Below, piece by piece: positions 18,681-29,604 of a DNA stretch of 64,000 bases. Position 1 is the first letter of the stretch, and each line of letters opens with the position of its first letter. Under the pieces are notes generated by a model that had not been told where the DNA came from, made no database searches, and saw nothing but the letters and a program-made list of their open reading frames with translations. The position numbers and the translations under genes were made by a program. The DNA comes from an uncultured Planctomycetales bacterium (GTDB lineage: Bacteria; Omnitrophota; Gorgyraeia; Zapsychrales; JBDRMG01), in contig CAYZIY010000003.1 of assembly GCA_964478715.1 (NCBI GenBank), positions 84,661-148,660 on the forward strand. Direction: 5' to 3'.

Positions 18681-19901
18681 ATGATGAAAAAGACGATTCC
18701 CGAACTTTGTTCTCCCGCCGGAGATTGGCCCTCTCTTCAAGCTGCGATAATAGCCGGTGCCGATAGTGTCTATTTCGGTTGCCAGGAATTCAATATGCGT
18801 CATGAGGCCGCTAATTTTCAATTGCGTGATCTCAAAAAAATTATGAAATTATTGCATCACCAAAAGAAAAAAGGCTATCTAACACTCAATACATTTTTTA
18901 AGGATCATGAATTCAATCATGCAAGAAAAATTTTGATGGCTGCCAAGAAGGCTGAGGTGGATGCGGTTATACTCTGGGACATGGGGATTCTCTCTATGGC
19001 CAAGGAAGCAGGATTGAGAATCCATCTGTCGACTCAGGCCAATGTGACAAACTCAGAGAGTATCTGTTTTTTTGTTCGACAAAAAGTCCGCAGAATTGTT
19101 TTGGCTCGGGAATGTACTCTTAATGATATCAAAGGTGTTAGTCAGAAATTAAAAAGAATGAAGATTCCCTGCGAGATTGAGGTCTTTGTGCACGGAGCGA
19201 TGTGCGTGAGCATCTCTGGCCGCTGTTTTCTTTCGTCTTATTCTTTTGCAAAATCGGCGAATCGGGGACAGTGCTTTCAGCCTTGTCGTCGAGAATATAG
19301 CATTCAGTGTAGTGACAAAGAACTTAAATATGATCTTGGAAAGGACTATGTTTTAAGCCCAAAAGATTTATGCACTATTGACTTTTTGGATTCGATTTTA
19401 ACTACGGGTGTATCTGCTTTAAAAATCGAAGGTCGAATCCGCAGCGCGGAGTATGTGCGTATTGTAACGGAGTGCTACCGTCAGGCTCTCGATGCATGTT
19501 TACAAAAACGATTTGATAATATCATGAGGAGGGAGCTTAAAAACAAACTCAAAGATGTTTATAATCGGGGATTTTCCAGCGGCTTCTATTTCGGAATTCC
19601 TGATGATGATTTGAGCCGTAGTTTAGAAAATCGTTATGCCAAACAATATTTGGGAGAGGTGGCCAATTATTTCAAGAAGATTTCAGTAGCAGAGATAAAA
19701 ATCCGAAATAAAGGTTTGAAAAAAGGAGAAACGATTTTATTTATCGGCAAAGAGACGCCGGCGCACATGTTTGAAGTGAATGAAATCGAGAGGGATCACC
19801 GAAAGATCAGCCGGGCACAAAAAGGTCAATCCATTGGACTGAAAGTTCCTTTTGCGGTCAGGCGCAAAGATCAGGTATATTTATGGAAAAAGAGATTCTA
19901 A
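18681..19901 (+). CDS. Peptidase U32 family protein (likely Fe-S RNA hydroxylation family)
   Basis: GADSVYFG, HLSTQAN, VHGAMCVSISGRC, NRGQCFQPCR, LSPKDL, LKIEGR; C-terminal beta-barrel. Confidence 0.93.
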   Translation: MMKKTIPELCSPAGDWPSLQAAIIAGADSVYFGCQEFNMRHEAANFQLRDLKKIMKLLHHQKKKGYLTLNTFFKDHEFNHARKILMAAKKAEVDAVILWDMGILSMAKEAGLRIHLSTQANVTNSESICFFVRQKVRRIVLARECTLNDIKGVSQKLKRMKIPCEIEVFVHGAMCVSISGRCFLSSYSFAKSANRGQCFQPCRREYSIQCSDKELKYDLGKDYVLSPKDLCTIDFLDSILTTGVSALKIEGRIRSAEYVRIVTECYRQALDACLQKRFDNIMRRELKNKLKDVYNRGFSSGFYFGIPDDDLSRSLENRYAKQYLGEVANYFKKISVAEIKIRNKGLKKGETILFIGKETPAHMFEVNEIERDHRKISRAQKGQSIGLKVPFAVRRKDQVYLWKKRF

Positions 19902-19914
19902 ACGGTACATCCGT

Positions 19915-20823
19915 ATGAGAAAAAAAAACACATCAAAGCGATCCAAAAAGGTTCATAAAATACTTCTTATCGGCATGGGTATCAATGCCCTATTGATCTT
20001 GGTTAAAGCCGCGGCAGGCTTAAGGGGCCATAGTAGCGCTTTGGTGGCTGATGCCTATCATTCTTTTTCCGATTTTATCACGGATCTTGTTGTCATGCTC
20101 GGTTTCCGATTTTCTGTGAAGCCCGTGGATGATTCGCATGATTACGGACACGGAAAAATCGAGACCTTAACCACTCTTATCATCGGAGCTGTATTGATTT
20201 TTATCGGTGCCAAGATTATGCTGGATGGAATCAATAATTGTTACCTTGTTTTTAAGGGGTTGATTCTTGCCCAACCAAGCTGGATGGCTTTTGGCGCTGC
20301 TTTTATATCGCTGTTGGCTAAAGAAGTACTGTATCGCTATTCCTATCTGATTGGCCGGAGAGTCAACAGCCCTTCATTGGTGGCCAATGCCTGGCATCAT
20401 CGTTCGGATGCCCTCTCGTCAATAGGTGTCATGCTCGGTATCGCCGGGGCGATTCTATTGGGCGAGAAATGGCGCATCCTGGATCCTCTTGCCGCCATTA
20501 TTGTCAGCAGCTTTATTATTAAAGCGGCTTTTTCCATTCTATCCAAAAGCGCAAATGAGCTCACCGAGGCTTCCTTAAGCGACGAAGAGAAACAGCGGAT
20601 TATTGATTTAGCCCGGCAGACCGCGGGTGTTGAGCATCCTCATAATCTGAAAACGCGTCGCATCGGTAAGGACATTGTGATTGATTTACATATCGAAGTT
20701 GATCCTCTTTTGAATGTGACTCGGGCTCATGATATTTCAAGCGCTTTGGAGCGCAAATTAAAAATCAGTTTCGGCCAAGATACGATTATAACAGTTCATA
20801 TTGAACCCGAAGGTTATAAGTGA
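19915..20823 (+). CDS. Cation diffusion facilitator (FieF-like) transporter
   Basis: ADAYHSFSD, HDYGHGKIE, HHRSD, C-terminal HIEP. Confidence 0.94.
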   Translation: MRKKNTSKRSKKVHKILLIGMGINALLILVKAAAGLRGHSSALVADAYHSFSDFITDLVVMLGFRFSVKPVDDSHDYGHGKIETLTTLIIGAVLIFIGAKIMLDGINNCYLVFKGLILAQPSWMAFGAAFISLLAKEVLYRYSYLIGRRVNSPSLVANAWHHRSDALSSIGVMLGIAGAILLGEKWRILDPLAAIIVSSFIIKAAFSILSKSANELTEASLSDEEKQRIIDLARQTAGVEHPHNLKTRRIGKDIVIDLHIEVDPLLNVTRAHDISSALERKLKISFGQDTIITVHIEPEGYK

Positions 20824-20834
20824 AGGAGTTTTCT

Positions 20835-21686
20835 ATGTCACGCGCCATTCTGTTGATTTCCTGTCCAGATCAAAAAGGGATTACAGCGACTGTTACCAAT
20901 TTTGTTTTTCAAAATAACGGAAATATTGTCCATGCCGATCAGCACATCGATGAAGAGAAAAACACATTTCTTATGCGCCTGGAATGGTCGCTGGATGGGT
21001 TTTGTATTTCGAAAGAATCCATTGCCCGGGAATTTGCCGTTGTGGCAGAGCCATATCAAATGAGCTGGGATCTCAGCTTTTCGAATGAGGATATCCGCAT
21101 CGCTATTTTTGTCAGTAAACATTTGCATTGTCTTAATGATTTACTGATGCGATTTTCCAGCGGGCAACTGGCATGCAGGATTCCTTTGATTATCAGTAAC
21201 CATGCTGACGGAAAACAGTTAGCGAGAAACTACGGTATTAATTTTTTTGAATTTCCTATTAACTCTGTAAACAAAATAAGTCAGGAAAAACGTCAAATGG
21301 CGCTGCTCAAAGAAGGCGGGATTGATTTGATCGTCTTAGCCCGCTATCATCAGATTCTTTCACCGGATTTTGTGAATGCACACAAAAACCGAATCATTAA
21401 TATTCATCATTCGTTTTTGCCCGCTTTTGCCGGAAAAAGTCCTTATCGTCAGGCTTACCGTAAAGGCGTGAAGATCATTGGGGCGACGAGTCATTATGTG
21501 ACCCACAAGTTGGACGAAGGACCGATTATCGAACAGGATACGGTACGGATCAGTCATCGGGATTCTCTGGAAGATTTAATAAGAAAAGGGCAGGATTTGG
21601 AGCGTCTCGTTCTTTCGCGGGCACTTCGCTGGCATTTAGAGAAGAAGGTCCTTACGCTTAATAATAAGACCATCGTGTTTGATTAA
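20835..21686 (+). CDS. purU: Formyltetrahydrofolate deformylase
   Basis: N-terminal ACT domain (CPDQKGI), INIHHSFLPAF, GATSHYVT, LDEGPIIEQ. Confidence 0.96.
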   Translation: MSRAILLISCPDQKGITATVTNFVFQNNGNIVHADQHIDEEKNTFLMRLEWSLDGFCISKESIAREFAVVAEPYQMSWDLSFSNEDIRIAIFVSKHLHCLNDLLMRFSSGQLACRIPLIISNHADGKQLARNYGINFFEFPINSVNKISQEKRQMALLKEGGIDLIVLARYHQILSPDFVNAHKNRIINIHHSFLPAFAGKSPYRQAYRKGVKIIGATSHYVTHKLDEGPIIEQDTVRISHRDSLEDLIRKGQDLERLVLSRALRWHLEKKVLTLNNKTIVFD

Positions 21687-21725
21687 TCCTATTTTTTTGT
21701 TGAAGTTTATTCTGATAGATCCGTC

Positions 21726-21754
21726 TTGACGGCGCTGTTTTATGCACATAAAAT
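21726..21754 (+). promoter_or_regulatory. Sigma70-type promoter for the DUF3047 gene
   Basis: TTGACG-17 nt-TAAAAT. Confidence 0.6.
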
Positions 21755-21780
21755 AAAAATGACAAAGAATTTGAGATACT

Positions 21781-22470
21781 ATGAAAAAATACCACATAAT
21801 TAATTTTATCGGACTCATTTCGCTTTTCGTTCTTGCTTTCGGTGCCTATGCTTTCAATCTGCCCAAATGGTTTCCTTTTAGCGAAGAGAATGCTCTTGAA
21901 GAATGGCAGGAAAAAATATTCAAGGATAAAGTCCTTTATGTCGTAGAGTCTATTGACGAGGATCAGGGGTACCTTTTGGCCCGCAGCAACAAAGCCTGCT
22001 CGGGTCTCATTTATCGTATTAAATTTTATCCGTCCAAAAATCCTATGATCAGCTGGAAATGGAAAGTTTTAAAATTTCCTGATAAAAACAAACCGCTTGA
22101 GGAGACCGGAGAATGGATCGAAAAAGATGATTATGCGGCTAGGGTTTACGTTATATTTTCCAGTTGGAATTTTTTTAATATCAAAAGTTTGGAATATGTC
22201 TGGGATAAGGATTTGCCGGAAGAAACCCTAATGGCAAATCCCAATTACGGGAATCTCAAGATCTTTGTGGCGCACTCGGGGGAGAAAGATTTGGGGCAGT
22301 GGGTTATGGAAGAGCGGGATATCGCCAAGGATTATATCAAGGCATTTGGCCATCCGCCGCGGCGGCCTGTTACGGCGATTGCCCTGATGACTGATGCCGA
22401 TAACACCGTTTCAACGGCCGAAGCTCTGTATAAAGACATAACTGTGGGGTACAATCATGAAAAGAAATAA
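21781..22470 (+). CDS. DUF3047 family secreted protein
   Basis: Signal peptide; WKWKV, DDYAARVYV, YVW, MTDADNT motifs. Confidence 0.88.
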   Translation: MKKYHIINFIGLISLFVLAFGAYAFNLPKWFPFSEENALEEWQEKIFKDKVLYVVESIDEDQGYLLARSNKACSGLIYRIKFYPSKNPMISWKWKVLKFPDKNKPLEETGEWIEKDDYAARVYVIFSSWNFFNIKSLEYVWDKDLPEETLMANPNYGNLKIFVAHSGEKDLGQWVMEERDIAKDYIKAFGHPPRRPVTAIALMTDADNTVSTAEALYKDITVGYNHEKK

Positions 22471-22882
22471 TCAAAGGGGGACTCAGTTTTTTGCGAATCA
22501 GATGCACAAGGAGTTGTTTTTTTTGTTTTTCTGGGCTTCTGTGATTCCGATGTTTATCGTTAGCTTGCTTCTTTTTTATCTGATTTTCAGCGTGACCGCT
22601 GATCAGATGGCTTTTCCCGAAGCCATTGCGTACAATTTACTTCCGGCGGCCAGAAGAGTTTTGGCGATTCTTGCGGCTTTGGCGCCTCTTTCAATCGTGC
22701 TGGTTTTAATGATTTCCTATAATTTAACTCTCCAGATGGTCGGACCCTTTGACCGGATTGTGCGCGAACTCGATCAATGCCTTAAAGGAGAGAAGAAAAC
22801 ACCCATTGTGATTCGGGAAAATGACAAATTCTGGCCTTTGGTCCACAAGATCAATGATCTGATTAAGAAACAAGGGGTCTAA
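22457..22882 (+). CDS. Two-TM membrane protein with C-terminal HAMP-like segment
   Basis: Two hydrophobic helices followed by VGPFDRI...IVIRENDKFWPLVHKIN. Confidence 0.7.
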   Translation: MKRNNQRGTQFFANQMHKELFFLFFWASVIPMFIVSLLLFYLIFSVTADQMAFPEAIAYNLLPAARRVLAILAALAPLSIVLVLMISYNLTLQMVGPFDRIVRELDQCLKGEKKTPIVIRENDKFWPLVHKINDLIKKQGV

Positions 22883-23002
22883 AGTTCACTTCTTTTCAAT
22901 ATTGGCTCATCTGTCTTTGCGGAAAAAGACTTGAAACCCCGAGAGGTGTGTGTTAATTTAAACCATCTGACAAGCTGCGGTATATCTCTTAGATAAATAT
23001 TC

Positions 23003-23605
23003 ATGAAATATTATTTTTGTATTCTTATTGTCTGGCTTATAGTTTTTTCTGTGCCTCCATCCGGTCTGGCGGCCGATACTTTCTACGCCAAGCGGCATGC
23101 TATCTCTTCAACTACCAAAGAAAAGAAAGACAAAGAGAATTCCTTTTCCCATCTTCAAAAGTGGATTGTGCAGGATGAGTCCGATAAAATTCAAAAAGCT
23201 TTAGAAATTTATAAGAATAAATCCAAGCCAGCGTATTCAAAAAAATACTGGATCATCAATAATCAAACAGGGCAAAAGAGTATTTTGGTTGAATATATGG
23301 CCTCGTCTCCAGGAGATCAAATCATATTTTCTCCTAATGAGCATTACGCCTATTTCGTTGGTCTGACACCTTTAGGGCAGCATATGATTTACGGCATTAA
23401 TCTTTCCAATCAGAATCAGTTTACCGTTGACCAAGGAGAAAGTGCGAGCATATTTAGTTGTGAAGATAGCAATCAAAGCTATCTGGTTATTGTGCATGAA
23501 AACGGGAAAATCACAAGAAGCGTTTATTATTTGAACGGACAAAAGAAGGATGTTATTGAAGATGGCGTTACGGCCGAGAATCTTAAAGATTATGTTTGCT
23601 ATTAA
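23003..23605 (+). CDS. Hypothetical exported protein (possible partial beta-propeller)
   Basis: Signal peptide ending GLAA; IIFSPNEHYAYF resembles a propeller blade. Confidence 0.65.
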   Translation: MKYYFCILIVWLIVFSVPPSGLAADTFYAKRHAISSTTKEKKDKENSFSHLQKWIVQDESDKIQKALEIYKNKSKPAYSKKYWIINNQTGQKSILVEYMASSPGDQIIFSPNEHYAYFVGLTPLGQHMIYGINLSNQNQFTVDQGESASIFSCEDSNQSYLVIVHENGKITRSVYYLNGQKKDVIEDGVTAENLKDYVCY

Positions 23606-23621
23606 AAAAGGAGGGGGAAGA

Positions 23622-24527
23622 ATGATGAGGTTGGTCTTTTGTGCGGTGATGATGAGTTTTATGCTGAACGGTTACACGGCTTGCGATGTTCAAGCGAAGG
23701 GATTGAAAAAGACCGTAGCGGTTTTCGATTTTCAAAACGATTCCGGTTACAATGCCTATGCGAATTTAGGGCAAGATTTCACAACACAACTTACTGATGC
23801 TCTTATCCAAAGCGGTGATTTCATTATCCTTTCCAGACAGGATTTGGATGTCGTGATGGCTGAACAGGATTTAGCCTCAAGCGGACGGTTCGCCAAATCC
23901 AATACGGCCAAAATAGGTCAAATCGTTCCGGCCCAGATTCTTATTAAAGGAAGAATTACGGAGTTTGAAGAAAATACCAAAGGTGGCGGGCAGGGATTCA
24001 GTATTTCGGGGATTACCCTGGGGGCCAACAAATCATCAGCCCACATTGGAGTCATTATTCAGCTGATTGATTCGACAACGGGGCAAATTGTCGACTCAGA
24101 AAGAGTGGAAGGGCAGGCATCTTCGGGAGGATTCTCTATTGGTTATGACGGAGATTTTTCTTTGAGTTCTTCTAGTTTTAAAAAGACTCCTTTGGGTAAA
24201 GCCGTTCAGATGGCCATTGATCGGGCTGTTGATTATATTTCTAAGAAAGCCAATCGGGTGCCCTGGAGTGGTAAAGTGATGCTCGTTAAGGATGATCTAG
24301 TTTATGTGAATTCAGGCGTTAATGCGGGCTTGGCGTCAGGCGATACGTTCGATGTCTATCGACAGGGGGAGTCTCTGGTTGATCCGGATACCGGTATGGA
24401 ATTGGGAAGAGAAAGTAAGAAAATCGGAGAAATTAAAATTACTGAAGTCCAGGATAAGTTCTCCAAAGCCGCAATGCTTTTTGGAAATATTGCCGATGTC
24501 GGAAAAGGTGATCTGGTTAAGAAATAA
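23622..24527 (+). CDS. CsgG/HfaB-family protein with FlgT-like C-terminal domain
   Basis: VAVFDFQND, TDALIQSGDF, GRITEFE, LIDSTTGQIV; C-terminal VYVNSG...DPDTGMELG. Confidence 0.8.
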   Translation: MMRLVFCAVMMSFMLNGYTACDVQAKGLKKTVAVFDFQNDSGYNAYANLGQDFTTQLTDALIQSGDFIILSRQDLDVVMAEQDLASSGRFAKSNTAKIGQIVPAQILIKGRITEFEENTKGGGQGFSISGITLGANKSSAHIGVIIQLIDSTTGQIVDSERVEGQASSGGFSIGYDGDFSLSSSSFKKTPLGKAVQMAIDRAVDYISKKANRVPWSGKVMLVKDDLVYVNSGVNAGLASGDTFDVYRQGESLVDPDTGMELGRESKKIGEIKITEVQDKFSKAAMLFGNIADVGKGDLVKK

Positions 24528-24539
24528 GGAAGGAATCCC

Positions 24540-24734
24540 ATGAACAGATTTGTCATTTTTTCCTGCTTGATTTTTTGCGTTTTCTGTGTGGGTTGCGAAA
24601 CTGTTGAAAAGGCTGGCCATTCGGCTGGGGATGTGGTCGGCAAAACAACAGACACCTTTGGCAGTGTGACCGAAGGGGCTCTAGATGGTTATGTCGGTGA
24701 GACAACCAGCGAAGAAAATCCTTACGGAAGATAA
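24540..24734 (+). CDS. Small lipoprotein
   Basis: Lipobox-like CVGC followed by a G/T/S-rich amphipathic segment; SD AAGGA. Confidence 0.75.
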   Translation: MNRFVIFSCLIFCVFCVGCETVEKAGHSAGDVVGKTTDTFGSVTEGALDGYVGETTSEENPYGR

Positions 24735-24737
24735 ATT

Positions 24738-24780
24738 AACAAAGCCCTCTCTGTGTGAAAAGTCAAGAGAGGGCTTTGTT
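24738..24780 (+). terminator. Hairpin terminator
   Basis: AACAAAGCCCTCTC / GAGAGGGCTTTGTT 14-bp inverted repeat just after the stop codon. Confidence 0.75.
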
Positions 24781-24806
24781 CTACCTATTAACGGAAAGAG
24801 GAGAAT

Positions 24807-25436
24807 ATGAAAGTTGCCCGATTAGTCATTGTGATTCTGCTTGTCATTATTGTTTTTCTTTTGGTCAAACCGGAAACCATTCATCGTGGATCTCAGTTGA
24901 ATGGCTGGACTACCAACAGTACCCTGGAAATCATTCATCAAAGAAAGTCTGTGCGTCATTATCTGGACAAATCCGTTAAGAAAGAAGATTTACTGACGTT
25001 GATCAAGGCCGGAATGGCGGCTCCCACGGCGGGAGATAGACGACCGTGGGAGTTTGTCGGCATTACCGATAAGAAGGTGCTTAAAGAGCTGGGTCAAGCT
25101 TTACCTTACGGGCAGATGCTGAAAGAAGCCGGCGGGGCTATTGTGGTGTGTGGTGTGCCCGAGAAATCTTATCCGGGAGAGGCCCGGGAGTTTTGGGTTC
25201 AGGATTGTTCGGCAGCGACTGAAAATATTCTTTTAGCTGCCGAGGCCAAAGGACTGGGTGCGGTGTGGATCGGCGTTTATCCGATCAAAAAGAAGATGGA
25301 AGTCGTTAGTCGTATTACGGGTATCCCCGAAGGCATTGTTCCGCTTAATGTTGTTTCTATTGGCTATCCCGAGGGAGTCGAAAAACCCAAAGATAAATTT
25401 AATCCTGAACAGATTCATTGGAATTCATGGAAATAA
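24807..25436 (+). CDS. Nitroreductase family protein with N-terminal membrane anchor
   Basis: RKSVRHY, AAPTA, PWEF, DCSAATENILLAA, GLGAVW. Confidence 0.92.
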   Translation: MKVARLVIVILLVIIVFLLVKPETIHRGSQLNGWTTNSTLEIIHQRKSVRHYLDKSVKKEDLLTLIKAGMAAPTAGDRRPWEFVGITDKKVLKELGQALPYGQMLKEAGGAIVVCGVPEKSYPGEAREFWVQDCSAATENILLAAEAKGLGAVWIGVYPIKKKMEVVSRITGIPEGIVPLNVVSIGYPEGVEKPKDKFNPEQIHWNSWK

Positions 25437-25439
25437 TCA

Positions 25440-26207
25440 ATGAGTGATGATCGCTGTAAGTTCAAATTGGTTTTACAACGTCACGGCGAGAGTGTTTGGA
25501 ATAAGCAAAACCGCTTTACCGGCTGGACTGATGTGGAGCTGACTGAAAGAGGCATTGAAGAAGCCAAAAATGCAGGTCAGACATTAAAGGAAAACGGTTT
25601 TAGTTTTGATTTGGCCTATACTTCCGTGTTGAAGCGAGCCATTGAGACTCTTGAGATTACGCTCAGCGATATGGGTTTATCGGATATTCCGATCATTAAA
25701 AGCTGGAGACTCAATGAACGTCATTACGGGGCTTTGCAAGGACTCAATAAAACTGAGATGGCAGAAAAATTCGGAGAAAAACAGGTGCATACATGGAGGC
25801 GTAGTTATGATGTGCGTCCTCCGGAGTTAAGCCGTGATGATGAGCGGTTTCCCGGACATGATCCTCTCTATAAGGATGTTGATCCCAAGGATCTGCCAAC
25901 GACTGAATGCCTGAAAGATACAGTCAAGAGATTCCTTCCTTTTTGGCATGAGACAATTGCTCCATCAATTCTCTCTGGAAAAAGAGTTTTGATTTCGGTT
26001 CACGGCAATAGTTTAAGAGCTTTGGTAAAATATTTAGATAACATCTCTAACGGGGAGATAATAAAACTTAATATCCCCACAGGCGTGCCTCTTGTTTATG
26101 AGCTGGATCAGGATTGCAAGAGTATCCGGCATTATTATTTGGGAGATGCCGATAAGATTCAGCCGGCCACGGATGCCGTCGCTCGCCAGGGTCAAGCAAA
26201 GAAATAA
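25440..26207 (+). CDS. gpmA: 2,3-bisphosphoglycerate-dependent phosphoglycerate mutase
   Basis: [30 protein letters not shown]. Confidence 0.97.
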   Translation: MSDDRCKFKLVLQRHGESVWNKQNRFTGWTDVELTERGIEEAKNAGQTLKENGFSFDLAYTSVLKRAIETLEITLSDMGLSDIPIIKSWRLNERHYGALQGLNKTEMAEKFGEKQVHTWRRSYDVRPPELSRDDERFPGHDPLYKDVDPKDLPTTECLKDTVKRFLPFWHETIAPSILSGKRVLISVHGNSLRALVKYLDNISNGEIIKLNIPTGVPLVYELDQDCKSIRHYYLGDADKIQPATDAVARQGQAKK

Positions 26208-26213
26208 TAATCC

Positions 26214-27266
26214 TTAGGCGATCGTGATGCTTTGATCCAGATAAACATTCTGGATGGCGTTAAGGATATCAACGCCTTCTTTGATCGGCTTCTGAAAGGC
26301 CTTACGGCCGGAAATAAGACCCATCCCGCCGGCGCGTTTATTAATCACAGCCGTTTTAATCGCCTGAGCCAAATCGTTTTTACCCGAAGCCCCACCGGAA
26401 TTAATCAGTCCCATGCGACCCATATAACAGTTGGCTACCTGATAGCGGGTCAGATCGATGGGATGATCAGAAGAGAGTTTTTCATAGACGAGGGGATGCG
26501 TTTTTCCGAACTTAATAGCATTGTATCCACCATTGTTGGTGGGTTGTTTCTGTTTGATGATATCGGCCTCAATTGTGACACCCAAATGATTGGCTTGGCC
26601 GGTTAAGTCAGCAGAAGTGTGATAATCGACATCGTCTTTTTTAAACGCTTCATTGCGCAGGTAACACCAAAGAACCGTAAACAGACCCAATTGATGGGCG
26701 CGTTCAAAGGCTTGGGTGATTTCCTCTATCTGACGGGAGGATTCTTCCGAGCCGAAATAGATTGTCGCTCCGACGGCCACGGCACCCATTTCAAAGGCCT
26801 GCTCAACCGAGGCAAAGAGCCTCTGATCATAGGTATTGGGATATGTGATCAGTTCATTATGATTGATTTTAACCAAAAACGGAATCCTATGGGCATATTT
26901 TCTTGAGACAGAACCCAAAACGCCGAGAGTGGAGGCTACGCAATTGCATCCGCCCTCAATCGCAAGCTTGACAATGTTTTCCGGATCAAAATAAATTGGA
27001 TTGGGCGCAAACGAAGCCCCCGCTGAATGCTCAATTCCCTGGTCAACCGGTAAAATAGAAAGATACCCGGTCCCTGCCAGCCGGCCATGGTTGAAGACCT
27101 GCTGAAGGTTTCTTAAAACTGAATTGGAGCGGTTGCTGATCGCGAGAATACGGTCGACAAAATCTTTACCCGGAAGATGAAGGCTTTCTTTGGGAATTGT
27201 CGAACAGGTATGGGTTAATAGATTTTTTGCTTCTTTTTCGAGAATTTGTTCGATATTCAGAGACAT
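26214..27266 (-). CDS. fbaB: Class I fructose-bisphosphate aldolase (FbaB/DhnA type)
   Basis: [33 protein letters not shown]; SD AGGAGG. Confidence 0.96.
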   Translation of the reverse strand: MSLNIEQILEKEAKNLLTHTCSTIPKESLHLPGKDFVDRILAISNRSNSVLRNLQQVFNHGRLAGTGYLSILPVDQGIEHSAGASFAPNPIYFDPENIVKLAIEGGCNCVASTLGVLGSVSRKYAHRIPFLVKINHNELITYPNTYDQRLFASVEQAFEMGAVAVGATIYFGSEESSRQIEEITQAFERAHQLGLFTVLWCYLRNEAFKKDDVDYHTSADLTGQANHLGVTIEADIIKQKQPTNNGGYNAIKFGKTHPLVYEKLSSDHPIDLTRYQVANCYMGRMGLINSGGASGKNDLAQAIKTAVINKRAGGMGLISGRKAFQKPIKEGVDILNAIQNVYLDQSITIA

Positions 27267-27366
27267 CGCACCCTCCTTAAAAAGTATTGAAATAAAATAT
27301 TGCCTCTACCTTACTACACAATAAGAAATATTCAAGGACAAATATGAAAGAGGTAAATTACCAGAC

Positions 27367-27395
27367 TTGACATTACAGAAAAATTAACGTATACA
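27367..27395 (+). promoter_or_regulatory. Sigma70-type promoter
   Basis: TTGACA-17 nt-TATACA in the divergent intergenic region. Confidence 0.6.
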
Positions 27396-27422
27396 AAAAG
27401 TACACCTTTTAAAGGGATTTTT

Positions 27423-27782
27423 ATGAATGTAGCCGTGATTGGAGCCTCCAACAAACCAAATCGTTACTCTTATAAAGCTCTAAAGCTTCTTCAGGAAAAG
27501 GGGCATCAGGTCTTTGGAGTCCACAAAAGAATTACAGAGATAGAGGGTAGCCAGGTTTTTAAAGAGGTAAAGGATCTTCCCGACGACATCGATACGTTAA
27601 CGATGTACGTATCGGCTGATGTTTCCATGTCGATGAAAGACCAAATGATAAACAAAAAGCCAAAACGCGTTATTTTTAATCCTGGCGCGGAAAATCAAGA
27701 TCTCGCGAGATCACTGAAAGAAAACAATATTGAAGTACGGGAAGCTTGCACGATAGTGTTGCTTAAAACAAATCAGTTTTAA
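27423..27782 (+). CDS. CoA-binding protein (YccU-like)
   Basis: [26 protein letters not shown]. Confidence 0.9.
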   Translation: MNVAVIGASNKPNRYSYKALKLLQEKGHQVFGVHKRITEIEGSQVFKEVKDLPDDIDTLTMYVSADVSMSMKDQMINKKPKRVIFNPGAENQDLARSLKENNIEVREACTIVLLKTNQF

Positions 27783-27813
27783 ATACCAAGACAGAAGAAA
27801 GGCGGCATCATAT

Positions 27814-29565
27814 ATGAAAGCACGAAAAATCAACCAAGGGATTGAGAGCATCAGAAAGCAAGGCAGCGGCGTATTTCGTTCTGGTGTTCATATGCTGCCC
27901 GGGGTAAGTTTGATGATGGCCGAAGGGGTCTTAAAGGACTTGAAGGGCTTAAAAAAACCCTTTGTCACGATCATTAATTCTTACACAACACAAATTCCGG
28001 GTCATGCGCATCTCGATCAAATAGGGAAGGTGGTGAAAAGAGAACTCGAGCGGCACGGTGTTAATGTGTGGTATACCAATATCGGCGGGGCTATCTGCGA
28101 TGGGATCGCGATGGGCCATTTTGGCATGAAATATTCGCTGGCCTCAAGAGAATTAATTGCCGATCAAATCGAAACGATCATCGGAGCTCACCCTTGCGAT
28201 GCCTGGATTGGCATTGGCAATTGCGATAAGATTGTGCCGGCGATGTATAATGCGATGGTGCGAATCAATATTCCATCCATTTATGTCAGCGGCGGTCCTA
28301 TGCTTTCAGGCGTTGGCAATACGGATTTAATTTCTATTTTTGAAGGGATCGGGCAATACAGCGTAAAAAAGATTTCTAAAAATAAATTGGAGCAGGTCAC
28401 GTGTCGCGCGTGTCCCGGGTATGGCAGCTGCGCCGGGATGTTTACAGCCAACTCAATGAATTGTCTGGGCGAGGTGCTGGGGCTGACTCTTCCCGGAAAT
28501 GGGACGATTCCAGCAACGGTTAGGAAAAAAGACAAGGTCAGACAATTTAGTATTAATCCCCAGAGAATCAATCTGGCTCGTCAGGCGGCCCGGACTTTGA
28601 TTCAACTTCAAAAAAAGAAGATCCGGCCTCTTGATCTTTTAAGCAGAGATTCGATTGATAATGCTTTTGTTTTGGATATGGCCATGGGCGGATCGACCAA
28701 TACGGTTTTACATGTTTTGGCGCTTTGTCATGAAGCGGGAATTCCTTATAATTTGAAACGAATTAATGATATTTCTAAGGCTACGTCCAATGTTATTAAG
28801 ATTGCCCCTTCGCGTCCGGAAGTGCATCTGGAACATGTGCATCAAGTGGGAGGTATGGGAGCTATTTTGAAATCCGTTAGTCAAAAGAAAAATAAATTTC
28901 TCAAATTGAAAACCAAGACAGTTTACGGCCGTTTAAATGATTATGTCCGCAAGTCTCCTCAAGCCGACGGACGCATCATCCGTTCGGTTAAAAAGGCTTT
29001 TTCAAACGAAGGCGGACTGGAAGTTTTATTTGGTAATATTGCGCGAAAAGGGGCTGTTTTAAAGACAAGCGGTGTGGATGCGGATATGTTAACCTTTCAA
29101 GGACCGGCTCGTATTTATGAATCGCAGGAAGAAGCTTTAGATGGAATTTTGAAAGGAAAAGTTAAAGACGGTGATGTTGTTGTCATCCGTTACGAAGGAC
29201 CCAAGGGCGGGCCGGGTATGCAGGAAATGCTTTCGCCGACAGCCGCTATTAGAGGCGCAGGCATTAAAGCGGCACTTATCACCGATGGAAGGTTTTCCGG
29301 GGGGACACGGGGTCTGTGCATTGGTCATGTGGCCCCGGAGGCCGCAGCCGGCGGAGAGATTGGTATTTTGAAAAACGGGGATATCATTGTCATTGATGTC
29401 CACCGAAAGAAATTAAATGTGAAATTGTCGACTGCAGAAATCAAGCGGAGAAAGAAAAAGCAGAAGCCTTTTAAGTTCAAGGTGGCTGGCGGATGGCTGG
29501 CCCGCTATGCGGCTTTTGTCACCAGCGCTGATACCGGAGCCATTTTGAGAAATCCCGAGAATTAA
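27814..29565 (+). CDS. ilvD: Dihydroxy-acid dehydratase
   Basis: [52 protein letters not shown]. Confidence 0.97.
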   Translation: MKARKINQGIESIRKQGSGVFRSGVHMLPGVSLMMAEGVLKDLKGLKKPFVTIINSYTTQIPGHAHLDQIGKVVKRELERHGVNVWYTNIGGAICDGIAMGHFGMKYSLASRELIADQIETIIGAHPCDAWIGIGNCDKIVPAMYNAMVRINIPSIYVSGGPMLSGVGNTDLISIFEGIGQYSVKKISKNKLEQVTCRACPGYGSCAGMFTANSMNCLGEVLGLTLPGNGTIPATVRKKDKVRQFSINPQRINLARQAARTLIQLQKKKIRPLDLLSRDSIDNAFVLDMAMGGSTNTVLHVLALCHEAGIPYNLKRINDISKATSNVIKIAPSRPEVHLEHVHQVGGMGAILKSVSQKKNKFLKLKTKTVYGRLNDYVRKSPQADGRIIRSVKKAFSNEGGLEVLFGNIARKGAVLKTSGVDADMLTFQGPARIYESQEEALDGILKGKVKDGDVVVIRYEGPKGGPGMQEMLSPTAAIRGAGIKAALITDGRFSGGTRGLCIGHVAPEAAAGGEIGILKNGDIIVIDVHRKKLNVKLSTAEIKRRKKKQKPFKFKVAGGWLARYAAFVTSADTGAILRNPEN

Positions 29566-29575
29566 AGAAAAAGAA

Positions 29576-29604
29576 TTGACAACTTTCGCGAGCTGCGTCA
29601 TGAT
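29576..29604 (+). promoter_or_regulatory. Putative promoter of the csp gene
   Basis: TTGACA-17 nt-CATGAT, overlapped by a TCATGA-N8-TCATGA inverted repeat. Confidence 0.5.

Noticed and set aside
23622-24734. A curli (csg) biogenesis operon
   Set aside because: Only a CsgG-like domain is present; there are no curlin repeats or recognisable CsgA/B/E/F.
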